Below are positions 55,247-64,000 of a stretch of 64,000 bases of DNA, in pieces; the stretch's first letter is position 1; each line of letters starts with the position of its first letter. This stretch comes from Vicugna vicugna. Lineage: Eukaryota. The position numbers were made by a program, and so were the translations under genes. Location of the stretch: the NCBI GenBank assembly GCA_013265495.1, contig MU057597.1:210563-274562 (forward strand). Reading direction: 5' to 3'. The notes under the pieces are model-generated. The model saw only the letters and a list, made by a program, of their open reading frames with translations, was not told where the DNA came from and did not search any database.

Positions 55247-58244
55247 CCTTCATTTGTGATATGAGAACAAACATCAGTAAATCTTTCCAAGAAGAAAACT
55301 CAATCTGTATTATGCATTAAAGCATTAATAACAGTGACTCTTATTCAAAGTGTGATAGTAGAATTCAAAATTAAGATCACTTATCAAAGAGTTATTATTT
55401 TCAGTAGGGAACAAATTCTAAGTGGAAGATACTGGGTGTCGGCTGTCATGCTAGAAATGGCACAAATTTTATTTTCTCTACAAAATCCTCTGTCTCTGAA
55501 TGTGAATCCATCACTGGGAAAAGGCAGGATGGCTTCCAAGGATTTGGCAATGGAGAGTGTCTCCTTGTCATAAACTACAGTTGTCACCTTGGGGACTTTC
55601 TCACTCACCCATATAACTTCATTCACTTCACTGTGTGCTTGCTAAACTCCACATACTTGATTTTGAAGCACCTGACTGTAGCCAAACCCAAAATAAAACA
55701 TTTTAGTTCACAATTTTGCCACTCCAAAATGAACTAAAGCACTAAAGGAATTATCTTTCTTCATGTTTAACATGCACCTACTTCGTATACGTACATCATC
55801 ACATCACAAAAGTCCTAAAACAACCCACAGATTTAACCCTTGTTGTAAAATGGGAAATAAGCGTGGAAAAAAAAATAATGCTAAGGAAAGATTTATTTAA
55901 AACATTTTATTATAGCATAAAATTAACCATGTAACATCTTAATATCGTAACTTGAAATCAAAATTTTAAGTCTTTGGATAATTGCTCTCATAGTCAATTA
56001 TTTAGTTACATTGTTTAATAAACATTTCCAAACATTTTTAGTAAACTAAGGTAAAAATAGCTTAGACAGTTTATCAAAGTATTTCTGACGCACTTTCGAC
56101 GACCACTTGAACAATCCTTTGCAGGAAGAGAAATGTAATAAATTATTGACATGAAGAAAAGTGTGGTCTTTCCTAACCAAGAAAACAGGAGTTTCAAGAC
56201 TAAACATTTAGTGTTTTATTCAAGAGTCTGACACCATTTTTTGATGTTTGAGTATTGAGAACTATTATGCCTCACCACAACCTCCTCCTATTCAGATGAT
56301 CTGGACAAGCTGATTAAAAAAAAAAAAAAGGCCTGTGGGTTTCCTCCTCTGATAGCAAATGATGTTCAAACCTTAAGTGGGTGATCTCCCCTGAGCCCCA
56401 CCCCACTTTTTAAATCCTGAGCGCCTAAAGGTACATACACCGTTAGCTTCTGTTACAAAGTACTGACACGGGATAAAACTATGTTGGTGGAAGGAAGAGG
56501 ATTCTCCAGGGTTATGACAAAAGTGATTCAATTTTATTAATTAAAACAAAACACCTATGATACATTCTGAATAAAAGAGCAGCAAAAGGGAATGGCAGCA
56601 GTTACACATGAACTGTGCACATACGTATCCTATTCCTGTTCTTTTGAATAAATTTTCCTCTCAGGATAACTGCCCTGTCTTCGGTTTCCAAAAATAAGAC
56701 CAATTTTAAAAAAAAATTGTAACCCACAGCCCTTACCTATGGAAGGCACCATGAACAGAAGCATGATGAGCCATGTCACAGTTTTACATTATTCTCTGCC
56801 CACGCTGTTCCTATTTCACACAATATTGAGCTTGGTAACTCAGGGTCCTCATTTTTCCAGGGAACATGGCTGTGAATAAACCACACCCACTGACGTCGGC
56901 GCCTTCTTACTGAACCTTCCTAGAGACCCTCATAAAAGTCCTGTGATGAAGGCACCAGATTAAACAGACTTCAGGTTGAAAGGCATAGTCATTCTGCCTT
57001 TTCAAAAAACTCAAATAACTTAACACTTATACACTGAAGATGATGGCACATTTTCACATCATACACACATCATAAGTTTCACCATCCTGAGACTTGTAAT
57101 GATTCTGCAGTGTGTAAGACCTCCGATTCATCTCAGAGACCTGAAGACTATTTATTCCTAGCATGCATTCGCTGATGTGGGCTCTGTTTTAAGTATTCCT
57201 CAAAAAACTGAATCAAGTTCATTACATTCCTAAGGATTCTCCCAAAGATGAGTTTTATGGTGACCCCTGAGGATGCACTTTCTTAAAAGTATTTCCAAGT
57301 TCAGCTTATCTGTATACTTTCTGACCTGTATGAATTCTCATTGCAGCAAAGACGTGACCACTTGATGAAAACATTTTACAACATTCATCACGTTTGGAAG
57401 CTTGTCCTCCGACATAAATCCTCTATGTCCCACATTCTGGATCCTCAGGTAGAAGCCTTTAGCACACATATTGTTTTGTGTGGTTTCTCTCAAAGACGTG
57501 AGTTCTGCAGTCCAGTGCACTGCACAAGGTAAAGACCACATTTACTGCATTTCTAAGGCATTGCTCAGTGTTTCCCAACTTGTGATCTTTGGGTAAAATC
57601 CTTGCCACACACACACTTTGTGTGGTTTCTCTCCATGAAAATTTAATTTTATTACCTGATTATTGGTGAGATGTGAGCCCTGAGTATAGGTTTTTCACAT
57701 TCGTGGCATATGAGAAGAATCGTTTCAGAATGAATTCATTTTCTAAAGGCCTGACCAAATTAATACATTTATCAGGCTTCTATCCAATATGGATTTTCTC
57801 ATGAAGCCTGAGATGTGAATGCCCGCTAAAAGCCTCACCCCATTCATTACATTTTTAAGGGCTCTCGCTCGTGTAGATGATCTGATGGTAAATTAGGCTT
57901 GAAAGCGCACTGAAGGACTTGACACATTCGTAACATTTAAAAGATTTCTCTCCAGTATGAATTCTTTGGTGGATCATAAGGTATAAATTTCCACTGAACA
58001 TGCTGACAAAGTCATCACATTTGTAAGGTTTCTTTCCATTGTGGATCATCTCATGGTGAGACCCAATACACAAAAGCTTTGCCACATTCATACTTGTATG
58101 GTTTCTCTATACTATGAATTCTCCCAAGAACAGTAAGGTGTGAATTTTGAAGTCTGAATTTTTAAAACTTCCAACATATATCACATTTATATGGTCTGTC
58201 TCATGCATGGATTTTCTGATGTGTGGTGAGGGTTGAGACCTGAG

Positions 58245-59343
58245 TCAAAGGTTTTCCAGACTCAATTTGGAAGATTTCTTTGCAAAATGTATTCTCCGAT
58301 GACTTGTAAGGCATGAATTGCGACTGAAGACCTTGCCACACTCACTACATTTGAAAGGTTTCTCTCCAGTATGAATTCTCCAATGAACACGGAGATGTGG
58401 TTTTTGACTAAAGACCTTGCCACACTCACATTTGTAAGGTTTCTCACCTGTATGAACTCTCCGATGACTTACAAGGGTTCCGTATAGACGAAATACTTTG
58501 CCACACTCATTACATTTGTAAGGCTTCTCTCCAGTATGAACCCTCTGATGAATTTTAAGGTGTGACTTTTGAGTGAAGACTCTACCACATATATCACATT
58601 TATGTAATTTCTCTCCTGTGTGAATTTTCTGATGCCTACTGAGGTTTGAGCTTTGAGTAAAGGTTTTGCCACACTCACTACATTTGTAAGGTTTCTCTGC
58701 AGCATGAACATTCTGATGACGTGTAAGGCATGAATTTTGACCAAAGATTTTACCACACACATCACATTGATATAATTTTGCTCCTGGGTGGGTGATCTGA
58801 TGTCTGGTGAGATGAGAGCTCCTGAGAAAGCTTTTCCCACCCTCGTCACGTCTGTGAGGTCTTTCCCTGTGAGCTGTCTGGTGTTGCGTCCTCACTGAAG
58901 GATGCATAAAATCACTCCACGTGTGTTAGGAACACTGGTTTGGACACTGGGGGGAATTCTCTGAACTGGTGAAAATGAGGAACTACTACTGGTAGACTTG
59001 TCAACCTCATCACATTCATAAACTTGCCCTTTACTTTTAATAATACGCGGCTCATCCTGAAAGCTTAATCCAAGCCTATTTCCAACAGGCTTGACTCCTG
59101 CATCCCTTCTATCAGGTCGACGTCTTCCACCCGTGAGATGTTCCTCGTGGGTTACAGGCACTCCTTTGTCATTTCTCTCACCATCTCTCCACTGACACTC
59201 ATACTTATTTTCCTTGATTTCCCTGAAGTGAAAACATTTGATTTCATGGCTTTCAGGTCTTCCCAACATTGTTGTTTGGAATACTTCTGTATTACTGTTC
59301 GCTTTGGGTTGTAAATGTTTGACCACATGCACAGGAGGGAGAT
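58245..59343 (-). pseudogene. Gene D last exon: linker plus 6 fingers (one with CxC spacing), 1-nt frameshift at about 58917
   Basis: Acceptor cttgcag|AT at 59343. The linker ORF (58892-59377) and finger ORF (58245-58907) are in different frames; D reads GTGGAGTGATTTT where A reads ATGGGAGTGATTTT. Confidence 0.85.
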
Positions 59344-61281
59344 CTGCAAGACAAAGAACCACAGGTATCCTGCTCACTACAGGTAACTGGCTATTTAGAA
59401 CTGAAAAACTTATATAGGACTGAGAAAATGAAGAATTTTATAAAACTATTTTCAAGAAAACAGAAGGAGGGTATAGCTCAAGAGGCAGAGCACATACTTA
59501 GTATACACAAGGTCCTGGGTTCAATCCCCAGTACCTCCTCCAAAAGTAAATTAATAAGTAAACCTAATTACCCCACCAAAAAAAAGAAAACACAATCTTT
59601 TTCACAATATTTGCTATACAACTATGCACCCATAAAGAAAAGGCACTTTACAACCTTACCCAGTAACGCATAAGAGCTGTACTGCATGATATGCTGAAAG
59701 ATCAGCACCTGCAAATCACAATTAAAAATTAATACAGAAAACATTCTCCAGTTATCCAACAGCCAATGAACAGAGCAATCCCAACTTACACAGAGCCTGT
59801 AAATTATCTACGTTATTGACTCCAAATGTATGTATAAGAGCAACAACTCTAAAAATTTTAACTAGGGTCAGACCAAATGGTGTTGAGAAAATTGCAAAAG
59901 CATACAACATATAGTGAGGAAAAAGGGATATAAAAAACCTGACAGAATATTCTCTTTTTTATACAAAAGTAGCTTCTTAATCTTTACTAAGAACCACACA
60001 ATATTTTAAGCAATCTGACAGCACTCATTTCTTTCCAATGGCTTGAAGTCAATTAACACGATTTTCTAAATCAGGGCAGCAGACTCAGATTACGTACAAG
60101 ACCCCAGGGGACACAGAAAGCAGGGAGAGGACCCAGATGTGAACCCTGACAGACAGACTGAACAAGATTCTTAAGCATAACTGCTAATCCAGACAGTACA
60201 GAAAAGAAAATATTACAACAGAAGTGGGAGTTTAGAAATAAAACATTCAGGGAGATGCAAGAAGAGGCAAGCAGTGTGACTAATACAGTTATTCAGCCGT
60301 CCCTCCTGGAAATGGTCTCTGAGTCATCACGGCTGCACATGGTGATTTAGGCTGTGTCCTGAGAAAGGTGATCAATGGATGAAGAGTGGTCATTTTTTCC
60401 CCTGTTTTTAAATGAACTATTTTATTAAGATATACATATTAAGGTATGCAAAACAGCACATAATGTTGAAGCTAATCTGGGAGTGGTAAATAAATGAACA
60501 TAACTGCTAACAAGCAACAGCCAGAATTTAAAGCAGTTCTAGCAGATTCCCAAGGCCAAGTAAGAGGGGTCATTTTTATACTGAGTCATGTGGAAGGTGG
60601 AGGGATGGCTAAGGGAGGGATGTGGAAACTGGGAAGCTCAGAACAACTTAAATGTGCTAACGAATAACCGTGTTTCCATCCACATCCAGGTGCCGTGTAA
60701 GGAAAGGTCAGGACAGAGAGAGGGTCTGAGTGGAGCACGGGGCACATGCACACGTGGGAGCACAGCCTGGGACTGCGCGTCTGTGTGACTGTAACTGCAT
60801 CATTCACACCTGCACCTAACGTACTGACCTCGAGAGAAAAGATGAACTGATTTAGCAAGTAGCATGATAATGTGCCATTTTTAACTATGGGTATGCAACA
60901 GAACAAAGAGATGTAAGAAGTTAAGAGACCCGGATGTTGTAGGGAGAAATAGGATTACATCTGTTACACTACTTACTAAATATTACATGAGTTCCTTTTT
61001 CATGCATATATTCAAGAAAAACATACATTCTATTCCAGGAGATTCTGTAAGAATGTTCTTAGAGAAACCAGAAGGAAAAACTAGGAGGCCATCAAAAGGA
61101 GATGGATGAGTTTCTTTTGCTCACACACGTGCAGATACAAAGAAATCGTATCAATGGTAAAGTAGGAGCCCATGATTTTGAAAGTGAATCCCTCTAAATC
61201 GGAGCTCCCCTGCTGAGTCTGATCATCCTCATTATCTAAAATCATATTCCCTTTTTGTCCCACAGCTGTTCCCCTCAAGAC

Positions 61282-62166
61282 TGAGAAACATCAAAGTAAA
61301 GAAGGGATGGAAATGCAGTGGGACCCTGAGGGGCCCTGCTGGGTACAAAAGCCTTTCCACATCGCCCATTTCCTGTTTGGAGAAAAGGCTTTAGTCTCCT
61401 AGACCTTCCCTGAGATCCAAAGAGTAGATCCACTATTAGGGCAGTGAGGGACTGCAGAAAGAAAGGAAAATCAAGTCCAGGATAATCTTTTCCATGATTG
61501 GTAGTGTAAACCAATGCCTCTATCTATGACCCCAAACTGTGGCTTCAACCAAATGGCCCAGAGGTTTAAAAAGTTGATGATACCCAGAGGGTCAACAGAG
61601 AACTGAAATACTTAACCCATCACATCAGTTCTAAGTGAATAACAAACTGCCTCCACCATCACTTTTGCTCTCTCGGGTGGAGGGTACAGCTCAGTGGCAG
61701 AGCACGTGCTTAGCATGCACAAGGTCCTGGGTTCAATCCCCAGTACCTCCTCTAAAAATAAATAAATCTAATTTCCCATCAAAATAAAATAATTAAATAA
61801 TACAATAATAAAACAGAGCGCCCTCTCCCAGAAAGAAGTTAAGGGACCACAAGACCGGGATTTAGAAGCTTGTTTTATAGGATCATACAGAATAATCATG
61901 AAGGAAGTCCCAGCGTGGTCCTAAAGCCTGCAGCTGCAGTTTTACGGGAAAGCTGGGATCCCAGACACTCTCCTCCCCTTTCTCCTTTTGCCTTGAAAAA
62001 TCTTACATCCCGTCCAGCCAGCGAGATGGAGCTGAGACAAGGCTAGGTCTCCATCATCCAGGTTGGTGCCTCCTCAACTAAGAAACATATCTCTGCTCCA
62101 AACTCTGAACCTAAGGCTTGTCTGGACTCACTGTGCATCGGGCACAAGAACTCAGGCTCGACATCA
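61282..62166 (+). mobile_element. Solo LTR with a nested SINE
   Basis: TG...CA ends, a U5-like end GACTCACTGTGCATCGGGCA and a SINE at about 61675-61815. Confidence 0.55.
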
Positions 62167-62259
62167 TGTTTGATGAATGTTCTCTGTTAGGAAAAGGTGT
62201 AAGACTCTGTTGAAAACCGTGGTTCAAAGGAGCAGCTCCTCAGAGCTCTCATTACACTC

Positions 62260-63300
62260 AGTGGTGAAAGAATGAAGGCTTTTCCTGTAAGGTCAGGAAC
62301 AAGACAAGGATACCTGCTCTATTTCTAAAAAAACGTATTACTGGAAGTCTGGGTGAGAACACAGAGGCGCAGGGGGCAGGGACAGGGGAAGGGAGGGAAC
62401 GATGTATGTAACTCAGTGGTAAAATGCAAGCTTATCATGCATGAGGTCCTGGGTTCAGCAAAATACTGAAACTCCTAGCCACAGCAATTGAAGAAAGAAA
62501 TCAAAGTTATCAAAACCTGAAAAAGAAAAATTATCTCATTTCCTAGATAACAAGGTTTTTACATGTACAAACTGTAAATATTCCACAAGAAAACTGCTAC
62601 ATCCAAAAAAATTTTAGAAAGTTGCAGGATACAAAATCAACATGCAAAAATCAGTTGCATCTCTATACACAATGAGGAATGTCAAGACAATTGGAAAACA
62701 ATCCTATCTACTACAGCATTACAAAAAGAATGAAATACTTAGGAATAAATCAGCAAAGGAGGTGAAAGACTTATATACTGAAAACCATTAAACACTGCTA
62801 AAAGAAATCCACAACATACAAATAAACAGAAAGACATCACCTGGAGGGAATGGGTAATAGTTCAGTGGTAGAGTACGTGCTTAGCATGCACGAGGTACTG
62901 GGTTCTAGCCCCAGTACCTGCATTTAAAAAAATAAATAAATTGGGGAGGGGGGAAGCATTAAAAAAGAAAGAAAAATATCCTGTCATCCTGTACTCATGG
63001 AAGACTTAAAGCTCTTTAAAGGTCCCAACTACCCAAAGTGTTCTACAGTTTCAATAGAATCCCTATCAAAATTCCAATGGCAATTTTTTCAGAAATAGAA
63101 AATCATGCTAAAAGTCACAGAGAATCAAGTGAACACAAACTGCCAAAAGGCTCTTGAAAAAGAAGAAAGATGAATGCCTCTCCTTTTTAGATTTCAAAAC
63201 ACATTATAAAAGTATTCAAGATGGTGTGGTACTGATATAAACAGACACATAAACCAATGGAACAGAACATAATGCTCAGAAATAACCCTTTGCATATAGG
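62260..63300 (+). mobile_element. LINE-1 ORF2 fragment with SINEs, homologous to 17915-18665
   Basis: Collinear similarity with the L1 in the gene A intron. Confidence 0.8.
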
Positions 63301-63447
63301 CACTGAGACAGGCACTGAGGGGGGGCCCTGGGTGACTGTGGATGTACAGGTGTCAGACAGGACACTGCAGAGTCAGACAAGATTAGTGAGTCCAAAGAAG
63401 GGCATTTCAGGGAGGACAGACTGAGAATCCAGTGAGAATATGACTAC

Positions 63448-63462
63448 CTGAGAAAGAGCCAT
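63448..63462 (-). pseudogene. Gene D start exon (MALSQ)
   Basis: ATGGCTCTTTCTCAG|gtagtc. The flanks are about 90% identical to unit C 47080-47715. Confidence 0.7.
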
Positions 63463-64000
63463 CCCTGACTCCTTTTCTGTCCTCTTCCTCCTCTTCTGGG
63501 CTTTCTCAGGAACATGAGTCTATCCTGAACATTGAGAAGATGCTGCTTAATGTTGAGAATCAACACATCCCTCCCTGTGCCACAACCACACACACACAAG
63601 GGAGACCTCACCACGTGGAACAGGAGGGACTCTGCTGCCCACTGTCACAGGAGGGACTCGCGACAGGAAGCTCCACACACAGAACAAGGGAGTTTCCCCA
63701 CACTGTCCTCAGATCACCCTCCCCTCCTGGTGAGCCCCTCACCCACAACGCAGCAGCGGGCGCCTCAGCTGGACCCGACAGCCCCCTTCAGGTCACAGAC
63801 TAGGCCCTGATCCATCCCCACGCAGAGCAGAGCCCCCACCCCCTCAGCCCGGATCCCAGCCCTCAGGATGGGAGGACTCAGTCAGGATGCTCAGTGAGGG
63901 ACCCAGACTGGAATCACCTGGGGCCCCGTACATGGGAGCACAAACTTGGATTAAAAACTTTAAAACTGCCTTGCTAGCAGAATGGGTTAATGAACTTTAA

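Overview
This is mammalian genomic DNA, probably camelid judging by the abundant tRNA-derived SINE 'GGGGAGGGTATAGCTCAAGTGGTAGAGC...'. It comes from a minus-strand KRAB-C2H2 zinc-finger (KZFP) gene cluster whose exon layout resembles the human 19q13.41 type (ZNF808/ZNF28/ZNF468/ZNF160-like). There are four paralogous units. A (about 7.7-22.4 kb) is an intact gene predicted to encode 600 aa with KRAB-A and 12 fingers. B (about 28.1-43.5 kb) is a recent duplicate in which a net 139-bp deletion frameshifts the finger exon, leaving a predicted 192-aa KRAB-only product. C (47.2-50.8 kb) has a promoter and start exon but no KRAB or finger exon. D (55.9-64 kb) has lost its KRAB exon and is frameshifted. 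A decayed class III (ERV-S-like, tRNA-Ser PBS, env-bearing) provirus sits in gene A's promoter and is cut off where the B duplicate begins. The window also holds a non-autonomous ERV1 (1-5.85 kb), several solo LTRs, L1 fragments, SINEs and two N gaps. No prokaryotic-type features were seen. Identity percentages are estimates made by eye.
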